Below, one piece after another: positions 46,230 to 55,957 of a stretch of 64,000 nucleotides of DNA (positions within the stretch are counted from its first letter, which is position 1; every line of letters starts with the position of its first letter). Position numbers and translations under genes: made by a program. The notes beneath the pieces were generated by a model. It saw only the letters and a program-made list of their open reading frames with translations, did no database searches and was not told where the DNA came from. Origin of the DNA: Chloroflexota bacterium. GTDB taxonomy: Bacteria; Chloroflexota; Anaerolineae; Aggregatilineales; Phototrophicaceae. The stretch covers positions 23,371-87,370 of the forward strand of contig JBCBKJ010000008.1 in NCBI GenBank assembly GCA_038522085.1, given 5' to 3'.

Positions 46230-46994
46230 CTACTCCACCGGTTCGAGGGTTTGCGTCGTGTGATGTGTACCACCTTCAACGACATAAGTGATATTAGTCG
46301 AGCCAATCGTGATGACATCGCCTGACTGAAGTTGATGTTCTGTCACAGGCACATTGTTGACGAGCGTGCCACCACGGCTATTTACATCAAAGAGTGTATA
46401 TGTCCCAAATCGTAAGCGCAATTGCACATGATGCCGAGAGCAATAGGAGTCATCTAATACAAGATGATTATCCGCACTGCGCCCAATGTTGAGCAAGGGT
46501 TCTGTCAGGGTGATTACCCGCGTACCGTTATTGATGATAAGTTGAGGCTTACGAGGTACTTTAGTTTGCTTTGCAGGGATGGGTTGCATTTTTTGCGTGC
46601 TGGCATCCGCATCAACCGTGTGTTTTGCATGCACCTGTACATCCGCCACATCAAGGTCATCATCTGAGACAAAATCGACAACAGGTTCAGCCGCCAAGCG
46701 ATAGCCGGATTGCATCACCAAATCGACAATATGGCTTGATAACGTCGTCTTGAGTTGTGGGAGTGTTGGCTCTAGCTGTTTGGCAATAGATGGATGCATC
46801 ACAATCGTGTAAGCATCCGGCGCAAGCGGACGTTTATCTGCGTCAGGCATAAAGCGCAAGGCATTTTCCATGCTACGCGCAACTTGCATAGCAAGGTCAT
46901 GGGCGCTGACGCGCTTACGAAATAGATTCGTGAATGCCCCTTCCACGAGTTTTTCTAAACGGGCTTCGAGTTTTGCAATGTGTTTTTCATTCAT
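46230..46994 (-). CDS. FhaA-like protein (DUF3662 N-terminal domain + C-terminal FHA domain)
   Basis: N-terminal LEARLEKLVEGAFTNLFRKRV (DUF3662-type) and C-terminal FHA (IGRSADNHLVLDD...SRHH...NGTLVNN). Start set at the internal Met 46994; the ORF extends to 47030. Confidence 0.75.
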   Translation of the reverse strand: MNEKHIAKLEARLEKLVEGAFTNLFRKRVSAHDLAMQVARSMENALRFMPDADKRPLAPDAYTIVMHPSIAKQLEPTLPQLKTTLSSHIVDLVMQSGYRLAAEPVVDFVSDDDLDVADVQVHAKHTVDADASTQKMQPIPAKQTKVPRKPQLIINNGTRVITLTEPLLNIGRSADNHLVLDDSYCSRHHVQLRLRFGTYTLFDVNSRGGTLVNNVPVTEHQLQSGDVITIGSTNITYVVEGGTHHTTQTLEPVE

Positions 46995-47082
46995 AGTTGC
47001 ATTATAGACGAGAGCCTTACTCACTGACAATGAACGAGTTATAGCGTTGGGTGAACGTCACTATCTGTTAAGAATTGAGAAA

Positions 47083-47115
47083 CAAAAAAGCGAGTACATT
47101 ATTGAATGCACTCGC
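47083..47115 (-). terminator. Rho-independent terminator downstream of the PpiC-type isomerase gene
   Basis: gcgagt-(14 nt)-actcgc hairpin followed on the minus strand by TTTTTT. Confidence 0.5.
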
Positions 47116-47140
47116 CTGTATTTAAAATCACTAGCTAGTT

Positions 47141-48517
47141 TTAGCCATCAAGGAAATCTGTCCAGTTTTCGTTGATGGTCACATTACCAGCATCTTCGGC
47201 TGTTTCGCGTTGTCCTTCCAACCAGTTACCAAAACGTGATTGTTGAATTTGTGATTCAACTTGATCAGTCACTTCGCGTTCTTCACGCGCATTGACCTGA
47301 ATGATATGGAAACCAAATTCGGATTCCACAGGGTCAAGTACCACGCCGATTTCTGCATCACGCACCGCATTGGCGAATGGTTCAACATACAAATCAATTG
47401 GTTGCCAACCTAGTTCACCACCACGTTGCCCAGAACCCGTGTCTGTCGATTGCGCACGCGCAAGCAAAGCGAAGGATTCACCTTCTTGCAATGCGGTGAT
47501 GACAGCAGTTGCTTCTTCTTCTGTTTCTACGAGAATATGACGCACGTTGGCGTAGATTGCCATTTCGATGTCACCCGCAATCGCATCAGCAACCGCCGTG
47601 CGGATAGCTTCGCGTTCCCAGAAGTTTTCGAGTGTACCGCGATTCACTTCCCCTTGAAGCACGTTATCTTCAAAGAAGCCAACCGACTCTTCGTAATTTT
47701 CAAAGGCTTCGGTTTGGCTGGTAGTCGGTGTTGGTGGAATTTCCACTGTACCAGTTACTTCTGCTTCTGCTGTCGCTTCGGCAGTCATTTCAGGCGTTGC
47801 TTCTGGGTCAGGTGTGTTGGTTGGCACAACCGTTGGTGTGTTCGTTGGCAATGGTGTTGGGCTTGGTGTTGGCGATACCAACGGCGTCGGGCTGACAGTT
47901 GGCGTCAGCGTGGCGGTTGCTGGCACACCGATGAGCGCAACCTCTGTTGTATCAAAGCTAAAGAAATTTTGTTGTGCGAACTCAACATCAGCATCTTCCA
48001 ACGACAGTCCAAGTGCTTCAAATTCTTGTGCGATGAGCAAGTCATCAACCATATCATCAATGACACGATTACCAAGAATATCAACTGAACTCAGTTCATT
48101 TTGCCAACGAGTCAGTTGGGGGTCATTCTGTGCTAATTGTTGCACATCGACACCAAACGCAGCGGCTTGCTGTTGCAATTGGTTGATACGTGCTTGGTAA
48201 TTTTGTAAGGTCAGTGTTTGCTCAAATGCTACACGCTGACGAAACTCGCCGACGGTAATGCGTTCACCATTAACGGTTGCAACAGGCAGTTGAGGCACAA
48301 TAGCGAGGTCGTAAATCAACACGCTGGCAATGATGATGACCACGAGCGCGACAATACCAGCCGTCCCACGTTGGATGAGGCGGTTAAGTGCTTCTTCGCG
48401 TTCAGCGCGTGATTGCGGATTACCTAAAAAGTTATCTATAAAACCGGAGTTTTCTGGCGTATCGTCGCTCTTGCGATTTTTACGCGGCATCCCCGTTGTT
48501 TGACGTCTTCTAGCCAT
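47141..48517 (-). CDS. Membrane-anchored SurA/PrsA-like chaperone with a PpiC-type (parvulin) peptidyl-prolyl isomerase domain
   Basis: N-terminal TM (IVALVVIIIASVLIY), SurA_N-like helical region, Thr/Pro linker, parvulin motif ANVRHILVETEEEA...GGELGWQ...FGFHIIQV. Confidence 0.8.
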   Translation of the reverse strand: MARRRQTTGMPRKNRKSDDTPENSGFIDNFLGNPQSRAEREEALNRLIQRGTAGIVALVVIIIASVLIYDLAIVPQLPVATVNGERITVGEFRQRVAFEQTLTLQNYQARINQLQQQAAAFGVDVQQLAQNDPQLTRWQNELSSVDILGNRVIDDMVDDLLIAQEFEALGLSLEDADVEFAQQNFFSFDTTEVALIGVPATATLTPTVSPTPLVSPTPSPTPLPTNTPTVVPTNTPDPEATPEMTAEATAEAEVTGTVEIPPTPTTSQTEAFENYEESVGFFEDNVLQGEVNRGTLENFWEREAIRTAVADAIAGDIEMAIYANVRHILVETEEEATAVITALQEGESFALLARAQSTDTGSGQRGGELGWQPIDLYVEPFANAVRDAEIGVVLDPVESEFGFHIIQVNAREEREVTDQVESQIQQSRFGNWLEGQRETAEDAGNVTINENWTDFLDG

Positions 48518-48615
48518 AAAACAGCTCCTACATTTTCGAACAACTCGATATATTACTAACAGTGTCTCATATCAAAACGATGTCATGATACCAATATCGC
48601 CACGATGGGTCGATA

Positions 48616-48647
48616 CAAAATCAGAGCATAGTCAGGTCACTATGCTC
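48616..48647 (-). terminator. Rho-independent terminator downstream of rpsR
   Basis: gagcatagt-caggtc-actatgctc, a 9-bp perfect stem followed on the minus strand by TTTT. Confidence 0.55.
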
Positions 48648-48674
48648 ATCAAGAATTGTTATAGGGGTGTTTGC

Positions 48675-48917
48675 TTAGTCCGATGTATTGATGAACGGAA
48701 GCAGTGCCAGAATACGAGCGCGTTTGACTTCGCGTGCCAATTCACGTTGGCAACGAGCGCAATTACCTGTCTGGCGACGTGGTTTAATCTTGCCAACTTC
48801 GTTGACGAAACGTTCCAATACTTCGACATCTTTGTAGTCGAAGCATTTTCCTTCTGGACAATATTCTGAACGGCGTCCACGTCCGCGACGACGTGGGCGA
48901 GGTCTACGGTTTCCCAT
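48675..48917 (-). CDS. rpsR: 30S ribosomal protein S18
   Basis: [19 protein letters not shown]...[34 protein letters not shown], a canonical S18. Confidence 0.95.
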   Translation of the reverse strand: MGNRRPRPRRRGRGRRSEYCPEGKCFDYKDVEVLERFVNEVGKIKPRRQTGNCARCQRELAREVKRARILALLPFINTSD

Positions 48918-48940
48918 GTTGTTTTCTCCTAGTTAGCGTA

Positions 48941-49330
48941 CTAAAACGCATAATCATCTGTTGAATTGTCATCATCAGTGACAGGTGGCTGTGCCGTTCT
49001 ATCACCGAGCATAATCATTTCATTGGCAACGAGTTCGGTACGGAAGTGCTTTTTACCACTCTCATCTTCCCAACCGCGTGTTTGCAAGCGTCCTTCAATG
49101 TAAACTTGCTGTCCTTTACTAAGATAGGTATTGCATATTTCAGCAAGATTGCCCCACGCTACCACATTGAACCATTCAGTTTCTTCGTGTCGTTCCCCTT
49201 CAGCAGATGTCCATGTTCTCGATGTGGCGACACTAAAACTTGTCACCGGACGCCCACTGGGGGTGTAGCGCATTTCGGGGTCACGCCCCACGTTACCAAT
49301 AATCATTACTTTGTTTAATCCGCGTCCCAT
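48941..49330 (-). CDS. ssb: Single-stranded DNA-binding protein
   Basis: MGRGLNKVMIIGNVGRDPEMRYTPSGRPVTSFSVA OB-fold N-terminus; acidic C-terminal tail DDNSTDDYAF. Confidence 0.9.
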   Translation of the reverse strand: MGRGLNKVMIIGNVGRDPEMRYTPSGRPVTSFSVATSRTWTSAEGERHEETEWFNVVAWGNLAEICNTYLSKGQQVYIEGRLQTRGWEDESGKKHFRTELVANEMIMLGDRTAQPPVTDDDNSTDDYAF

Positions 49331-49405
49331 AATAAACCTTCCCTCAAGGTGTATAGAAAACTATACCATTAAGTATTCCGGTTTATTATAACGCAGACAG
49401 CGTTT

Positions 49406-49825
49406 TTATTCGTCCGATTCGGCAGTTTCTTCTGCTTCTTCAGTGACTTCTTCTACTGGCTCTTCAGTAGCGGTGATTTCTTCTACAATAGAGGTTTCCT
49501 CTTCTACAAACGCCACTTCATCTTCGCGGATGACGAGGTAACGCAATACACCATCATAGAGACGCATATTCGTCTCGAAGTCTGGCACATGCTCAGATTT
49601 CATGTTGGCATAGAAGAAAATGTAATTACCGTCACGTTGTCCATCAATTTCGTAAGCGAGGCGACGACGTCCAAAGCGGGTACGGTCAATGCGGGTAACT
49701 GACCCCGGCTCATCAACGCCTTCGGTGCTGTTTTCGATCCAAGTGGTCACTTGGTCGATAGCTGTTTGGGTTTCCTCGTCTGGCATGACGCGAAACACCA
49801 CAGGAATCTCGTAAGATCTAATCAT
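49406..49825 (-). CDS. rpsF: 30S ribosomal protein S6 with an acidic C-terminal extension
   Basis: MIRSYEIPVVFRV... S6 N-terminus. Start at the internal ATG; the ORF extends 12 codons upstream. rpsF-ssb-rpsR gene order. Confidence 0.85.
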   Translation of the reverse strand: MIRSYEIPVVFRVMPDEETQTAIDQVTTWIENSTEGVDEPGSVTRIDRTRFGRRRLAYEIDGQRDGNYIFFYANMKSEHVPDFETNMRLYDGVLRYLVIREDEVAFVEEETSIVEEITATEEPVEEVTEEAEETAESDE

Positions 49826-49948
49826 AGGGGTTGTATCTCCTTCCCATGAATATAGCCCCACTTTACACTAGCATGCCGTATGGGGCGGAAAGTTGTTGGT
49901 TAATGCGCTGATTATCAGCGACGTTGTAGTTTAGAGTATCGGACAGCT

Positions 49949-51439
49949 TTATTCAACAGTTGATTCGCTAGATTCTGTCACTTGCGCACGTTGCAGTACC
50001 AAACGCGAACTCGCTAACGCCAACGCCACAATCAACCAGAACCATGTGATAGAGGCTTGGAAATCCAGCCGGAAAAAATATAAATCGGCAACGGCATTGA
50101 TGAGGGCTGTTACCAGTGCGACATTGAATCCCAAATGAATAGAATCTAATTCGGGGTCGCGCTGAGAAGAGCGCCAGCCTTTCCACGCATAGAGCAAAAC
50201 ACTCCCCATCGCTACTAAGAAAATGACAACGCCCGTTAAACCAATTTGATTCGCCATGATGAGGTACATATTGGCAACATCAGTGTAGACGTCATTAGTG
50301 GGCGTGCCAGTGAACCCGATACCCACAAACGGATACTGCTGAATAAGATTAAGCGAATCTGTCCATTCCCCAATGCGCATCTGCGTGGCAAGGTCTTCCC
50401 CTCTGAATGCTTGAAAAATGCGGTCAATATAGAACTGTGTCTGTGGCAAAAACAAGAAAATAATGCCTAAAACAGACAAATACGGAATATATTTACGATA
50501 ACGCAAGAGAACAATCAAGCCGATGCCCCCACCAAACGCCAGCGCCGACGCCCGCGAGTTACTCAGAAAAAGTGCTAATGCGACAACACCCAAAACAATA
50601 AAGGTCAGCCAGCGATATTTGAGAACGGGTTTCTGTGCGAATAACTGTGGTGCAATCATGACTGCCCCAGCCGCCAACAAGCCACCTAACGAGTTAGGGT
50701 CAATCCATGTACCGATAGCACGTTCGCCTAAATCGGGTGTCGCTTCGATGTAGCGAATGACGAAGCCACCCGGATAGCCAATGCGCGTCAAAATATTGAG
50801 CAATTGATTAGCTGTCTCGTCATTGAGAACGTATAGTCCAACGGCAATGATGCCCTGTGCGCCCAGCAATGCCATCACTAGCAAAACCAATCGGCGTAAG
50901 GTGCGCGTATCACTCAGTAAATCGACCAGCACAAATGCCATGCTGATACTCAACAGCGTCTCGGCAAATTGGCGAAGTGTGGTAGCAGATGGACTGCCAT
51001 AACGCATCCCGAGTACAAAGGCGAATATCAGCCACATGAGATACAGCGCAATAAAAATGTGAGGCGAAACAAGCGTCAGATTACGCCGTACCCCTGTTAC
51101 CCACTGCACAATATAGACAAATACGAATGCCGCCAATGTTAAATCGAGCAAAGTCGGTGTGATACCAATATCAACGGGAAACGTCCCAAAGGGTACCAGA
51201 ATCATGACTGCCATCGTGCCATAGAGCGCGGGTGTGACGTCAGTCAGGATGTAGAGTGCGCCCAATACACCTACAACAATCGCCGCTGTGAAAAGTGGAC
51301 CGAGTGTCGCCAGTGATAAGCCAACTAAGCCACCGATAATGCCGATACACAAGCCGACCATGATTGCCAGTAAGCGATTATCCAGCGAGACAATCCACGC
51401 TTTGAATGTTGCAACGCTGGTTGTTTGTGTGTTGACCAT
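49949..51439 (-). CDS. O-antigen ligase/Wzy-like polytopic membrane protein
   Basis: 496 aa, at least 10 TM, central larger loop; last gene of the overlapping glycosyltransferase operon (its start overlaps the YfhO stop). Confidence 0.55.
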   Translation of the reverse strand: MVNTQTTSVATFKAWIVSLDNRLLAIMVGLCIGIIGGLVGLSLATLGPLFTAAIVVGVLGALYILTDVTPALYGTMAVMILVPFGTFPVDIGITPTLLDLTLAAFVFVYIVQWVTGVRRNLTLVSPHIFIALYLMWLIFAFVLGMRYGSPSATTLRQFAETLLSISMAFVLVDLLSDTRTLRRLVLLVMALLGAQGIIAVGLYVLNDETANQLLNILTRIGYPGGFVIRYIEATPDLGERAIGTWIDPNSLGGLLAAGAVMIAPQLFAQKPVLKYRWLTFIVLGVVALALFLSNSRASALAFGGGIGLIVLLRYRKYIPYLSVLGIIFLFLPQTQFYIDRIFQAFRGEDLATQMRIGEWTDSLNLIQQYPFVGIGFTGTPTNDVYTDVANMYLIMANQIGLTGVVIFLVAMGSVLLYAWKGWRSSQRDPELDSIHLGFNVALVTALINAVADLYFFRLDFQASITWFWLIVALALASSRLVLQRAQVTESSESTVE

Positions 51440-53703
51440 TAGCTTGCCCTTTCATCCTGAGTGACACTATCGGCTGGTATCCGACGACGCAGTAGCCCAT
51501 AAACAACGGTTAGCCCGATAATGCTCCATGTGAGGATACTCATCCCTGCGCCGATGTAATAAATGCGAGGCGCAAACGTGAAAATCACCTCATGTTCGCC
51601 AGCCGGAATTTCGACTGCGGAAAGGCTACCATAGGCACGCAATATATCAACCTGCTCACCGTTGAGCGTAGCCTTCCAGCCGGGATAATCCACAAGTGCG
51701 AGTGACAAAATCGCATTTTCGGGCGTATCGACAGAGACAACAATACGTTCTGGTGCAAACTCCGTAATCGTCGCAGAGGCATCATCCGGCGCACTATCCG
51801 GCAAAGCAAGCGATGGCTCAGTTTGCAAGATGATAGTTTCGCGGGTTTGAAAATTGGGGTTAAGCAAAAGTTCGCGGGCATGACCATCACTACCAACGAC
51901 TGCAATATCATACACGAGATGCGCAAATGGACGCGGGTCACGCAGTTCATGGACAAATACCTGCCCCATGCTATCTGTCCCTGTACTGATGACATCTGTT
52001 TCGACACTACCGAATGCCTCTTGTCCGCTGTACACATAACGCACCGCAAATATTTCCCATGCTTGCGGGTTATTCGTGTAATCACGATAGACAATTTGCC
52101 AAGTACTATCCAAAAATAGCGGACTGATACCACGCATATCCATCTGCCCGTAGAGACTACCATAATTCGCCTCTAAGCCACGAAAGCCATCCACACGGTA
52201 AAGTTGCATAGGTGCATCATCGAATACAGATTGAACAGTCGGCGGTGGATTGAATGCGAGTTGTTCGGAGGCTGGTATAGAATCATAATTCGTCTCCGCA
52301 TCCATATTAACACTGAATAGCTCAAAGACAATCAGCGCAACGAGCAATGGCAAAACATAAGGATGAGACTGTGTGATTTGCCAGCGAACAAGTGCATAGA
52401 TGGCAACCATCACCATACTACTCAACGCGGCTGTACCAACCAACGCACCAAAGCCATCACCGATATTGCCCCACCAGCCAACATATATGAGCAAAGTCAA
52501 GCCAACGATTAGCGCGAGTAAACCATTCATAAAGTACGTGAGTGTCGTCGTTTTTTGTTCTGATGACCAACTCGCTAGCACACTTGTCCCGATGCCTGCG
52601 AGAATCGCCAGACTATTCATCACAATGAACGCGGCACGTTCCTGTCCACGAAAGAACCGCAAGCCCGGTAGCGGGTTATAGAGGCCATAATAAAAGGCTG
52701 AGTTTGCGCCAAAACTGAGCAATAAGCCAAACAATGCCAGAACCAACCAGAAACGACTATCACGCCAGCGGAAACGTCCGGCAATAAAAATCAAAATCAG
52801 TGCAGGGATACCCACATATAAAGGCGAAAAGGCACTCACCGAACCCGGAAAAATGAACTGGGCAATATCCTGAAATGGAAATCCGTTGCCCTTCGCATCA
52901 ACGCCAAGATTGCTGCGGACTGTCAGCGTTAGATATTGAATACCTGGTAAAAATGTGACTGCCGTTGCACCCAACGTCACGATGCCCATGAGGGATATCC
53001 CACCGAGAAATGCTATCCAGCGGTGTGCTATGTCTCCTATAAACACACGATAGCCAAGCCAAGCGACTAACACATATGTCGCAAACCAACTTGTCTGTGG
53101 ATGCCCTGCTAGCCACGACAAGCCAAGTGCGCCACCTGCAAAAATCAACCACTGCCAGCGTACCTTGTCGTTTTCGGTTGCTATCAATACGCACCAACAC
53201 GCGAGGGGCAACCAGATAGCGGCTTCTAGTAGCGCAAGCTGTAACGGGGGATAGCCAGAGATAAAGCCCCCATACGATGCAACAATCGCCGCAACCAATG
53301 CGCCCCATATTGATTTTGTTAGCCGATGCACAAATAGATACATCAGCAATGAGAGTGCCAGCACATGCGCAATCGCTTCTAGTTGGAGCAGATAATAACT
53401 CATACCCCCTGTTTGCGTGCCGATAGCGAGGGTCAGCAAACGTGGTGGATAAAAGACAGCCGCTTGCGTATCCGCAATGAAAGGCATCCCGCCGTTGTTA
53501 TACGGATTCCACAGGGGAATTTCCCCATCTGCAAAACGCTCATACTGATAAGCGGCAAAGGCTACAAATTGCCCTGAGAAATCACCCTGTTTGAACGATG
53601 CTTGGTCAGCCGTGATAGGTGTTAGAACACGCCAGAAAAATAGCATCCACAGTACAAATAACAGCGCAACCGCACGCATATGATGGGATTTGAGTATGCT
53701 CAT
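51439..53703 (-). CDS. YfhO-family membrane glycosyltransferase-like protein
   Basis: 754 aa. N-terminal region FAAYQYERFADGEIPLWNPYNNGGMPFIADTQAAVFYPP, characteristic of the YfhO family. Many TM helices plus a C-terminal extracytoplasmic domain. Confidence 0.75.
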   Translation of the reverse strand: MSILKSHHMRAVALLFVLWMLFFWRVLTPITADQASFKQGDFSGQFVAFAAYQYERFADGEIPLWNPYNNGGMPFIADTQAAVFYPPRLLTLAIGTQTGGMSYYLLQLEAIAHVLALSLLMYLFVHRLTKSIWGALVAAIVASYGGFISGYPPLQLALLEAAIWLPLACWCVLIATENDKVRWQWLIFAGGALGLSWLAGHPQTSWFATYVLVAWLGYRVFIGDIAHRWIAFLGGISLMGIVTLGATAVTFLPGIQYLTLTVRSNLGVDAKGNGFPFQDIAQFIFPGSVSAFSPLYVGIPALILIFIAGRFRWRDSRFWLVLALFGLLLSFGANSAFYYGLYNPLPGLRFFRGQERAAFIVMNSLAILAGIGTSVLASWSSEQKTTTLTYFMNGLLALIVGLTLLIYVGWWGNIGDGFGALVGTAALSSMVMVAIYALVRWQITQSHPYVLPLLVALIVFELFSVNMDAETNYDSIPASEQLAFNPPPTVQSVFDDAPMQLYRVDGFRGLEANYGSLYGQMDMRGISPLFLDSTWQIVYRDYTNNPQAWEIFAVRYVYSGQEAFGSVETDVISTGTDSMGQVFVHELRDPRPFAHLVYDIAVVGSDGHARELLLNPNFQTRETIILQTEPSLALPDSAPDDASATITEFAPERIVVSVDTPENAILSLALVDYPGWKATLNGEQVDILRAYGSLSAVEIPAGEHEVIFTFAPRIYYIGAGMSILTWSIIGLTVVYGLLRRRIPADSVTQDERAS

Positions 53704-54836
53704 GCGTTGACTTTCTCCGCAATGACGCTCTCAAAAAATGCGAGTGTCTCATCAACGATGCGTTCCCAATCGAAATGCGGATGGAGGGCTGTAATCGCCT
53801 CACTCAGTTGTTTACACTTTTCTGGTGATTTTTGTAGAGACTGAATCGCCGCCGCGAGTGTATTTGGTTTTTCTGGCGTGATGAGGAGCATATTATCTGG
53901 CGTAAATTCGGGGATAGGCACGGTGGGTTTCGTCGTGATGATAGGACAGCCTTGCTGAATCGCCGCCATCAAGCTCCCACGCCGGAAAGACGCGCCATCG
54001 CGGTATGGCAACGCAACCACATCACTCGCTTGTAAATAAGAGGCGACCTCTGTTTCGGTGACGTAGCCCGTCCAGATAACGCAGTCATAAATAGCGAGCG
54101 AGGCAATCAGTTGGTCAATCTCTTGCGCATAGGGATGGTTTGTGGGGTCGGCTGTGCCAGTGCGTCCGCCTATCATGAGTAATTTAATGCGTTTATCCGG
54201 CAACATAGCAATCGCTTTTAAGAGGGTATCTATGCCTTTGCTATGATTGAGGAAGCCAAAATGCCCGACTACAAAATCATCGTCATTTAGCCCCATCCGC
54301 GCACGATACGCCCGTGTATCAACATCTGACTGGTACGGAATATTGCTACCAATTGGCAACTGTACGTGATGCAGATTAGCAACACGGGTAGTATCCTCAT
54401 GATTCGTGACAATAACCCCTGCCGAACTTTTCGCAAGGTGCATCACAATCCAATCGCGCAAGAATCCAGCTTTCGGGAACAGATACGGAAAGCGTAAATC
54501 ATGAAAGGTCGTCACGAGTGGCACAGATAGCCGACGTGCCAAAAAATGAATCCAAGGCGACATCTCATACGCGGCAGTCTGGAATTGCAAATTCACAATA
54601 TTAAGGTGATTTTCGATAGTCCATTGGTTGATTTCAGCGAGGGTCTGCCATGTCCATTTGGTGACATGATTTTCAACGGGGATTTGAGAATGTTGTTTTT
54701 GGGCGTTGCTGTTGCTAAATACATGCACAGCGGACACGTCATCATTCTCTAGCATGTGTTGGGCGACGATGTGCGTATATGCACCTACTCCGCCTCTGAG
54801 TGGTGGATATTCGCCGGTGACAATTCCTATACGCAT
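53700..54836 (-). CDS. Glycosyltransferase family 4 (GT-B, group 1)
   Basis: MRIGIVTGEYPPLRGGVGAYT N-terminus; C-terminal GT1 motif region (GGRTGT...E...). Stop/start overlaps with neighbours. Confidence 0.8.
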   Translation of the reverse strand: MRIGIVTGEYPPLRGGVGAYTHIVAQHMLENDDVSAVHVFSNSNAQKQHSQIPVENHVTKWTWQTLAEINQWTIENHLNIVNLQFQTAAYEMSPWIHFLARRLSVPLVTTFHDLRFPYLFPKAGFLRDWIVMHLAKSSAGVIVTNHEDTTRVANLHHVQLPIGSNIPYQSDVDTRAYRARMGLNDDDFVVGHFGFLNHSKGIDTLLKAIAMLPDKRIKLLMIGGRTGTADPTNHPYAQEIDQLIASLAIYDCVIWTGYVTETEVASYLQASDVVALPYRDGASFRRGSLMAAIQQGCPIITTKPTVPIPEFTPDNMLLITPEKPNTLAAAIQSLQKSPEKCKQLSEAITALHPHFDWERIVDETLAFFESVIAEKVNA

Positions 54837-55822
54837 CAGTTACCTTTGAGTCCGCTACGAACAACTTTCCAATAGGTCTGTACCCGTTCACGACGCATTT
54901 CCCGCTTGTGTCCGAGCGCCCCTTTAGCAGATTCAATTGCTATTTGCCACAGATAACTCACCAGCAAAAACAGACGCAGTAGCGTTGCAAAACCTGTCCC
55001 GTGATGCTTACGGAAATAGCGCACTTTGCTCTCTTGAAACCAGATATGCTTATGTGCGCCAACTTGTTCACTGCTTTTGCCCCCATGATGGATAATTTGT
55101 GCTGTACCAAGATATGTCGCGTTCCACCCTGCATCCCGCGCCCGTTTGCACCAGTCCATCTCCTCAGAATACATGACATAACCTTCATCAAGTCCACCAA
55201 TGTCTGCATAGACCTCACGGCGTGCTATCAAGGCTGACCCCTGTACCCAATCAACAGGTATTACGGCATCATCCGGCATATTGGCAATGGTGTAATGGTC
55301 AAGTATAGATTGAGGCGCTAAGGGTTGTAGCCATGTGCTTTCAAAGAAGGCAAGTTGTTTGGTCGGAAAATGACGCCGTGATGACTGCGTTGTGCCATCC
55401 GTATTGAGCGTGTGAGGTCCAACGATACCTACGGCTGGATGGTCACCCAAATAAGCAACCATCTGTGGAATAGCATCGTTAAGCACTTCGGTATCAGGAT
55501 TGAGCAAGAACAAATAGCGTCCGCGTGCTACCTCTAATCCGATATTGTTACCCCGTGTGAAGCCGACATTCTCTGTCTGCGCTAGCAATGTCACCTGCGG
55601 ATACTGCTCTGCTATCACACGCACAGTATCGTCTGTGCTGGCAGAATCGACAACGATAATTTCAACTGTCATGTGGTCAGTTAATGGCATATCGTCATCA
55701 TCCGAGACAGCGTTAACAGGTGATGCCAGAATCGTATCCAAGCATTGAGTCAGTAGATCACAGACGTTCCAACTCACAATAATGATAGACACATCCACGG
55801 TTGAATTTGAGTTTACGGTCAT
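54836..55822 (-). CDS. Glycosyltransferase family 2
   Basis: VSIIIVSWNVCDLLTQCL...VVDSASTDDT (GT-A DxD region); first gene of the operon. Confidence 0.85.
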   Translation of the reverse strand: MTVNSNSTVDVSIIIVSWNVCDLLTQCLDTILASPVNAVSDDDDMPLTDHMTVEIIVVDSASTDDTVRVIAEQYPQVTLLAQTENVGFTRGNNIGLEVARGRYLFLLNPDTEVLNDAIPQMVAYLGDHPAVGIVGPHTLNTDGTTQSSRRHFPTKQLAFFESTWLQPLAPQSILDHYTIANMPDDAVIPVDWVQGSALIARREVYADIGGLDEGYVMYSEEMDWCKRARDAGWNATYLGTAQIIHHGGKSSEQVGAHKHIWFQESKVRYFRKHHGTGFATLLRLFLLVSYLWQIAIESAKGALGHKREMRRERVQTYWKVVRSGLKGN

Positions 55823-55957
55823 AGAAATTCACAGTATTTGGCAAATGCGAGAGCAGTTTACCATCATTTTACAAATAGACAGAGTTTTGATTACATCTAT
55901 CCCGCATCATAGGGTTAATGAACACGAAAAATAAAGCATAACGCTAAGGAGCTAAAC

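Noticed and set aside
47426-48200. 220-aa and 128-aa plus-strand ORFs inside the PpiC-type isomerase gene
   Set aside because: Antisense to a well-supported gene. They are Cys/Trp/Arg-rich low-complexity, typical of spurious antisense frames.
48659-48917. Two overlapping minus-strand ORFs (73 aa and 80 aa) in different frames
   Set aside because: Only the 80-aa frame (48675..48917) encodes the canonical S18 sequence; the 73-aa frame is an out-of-frame artefact.
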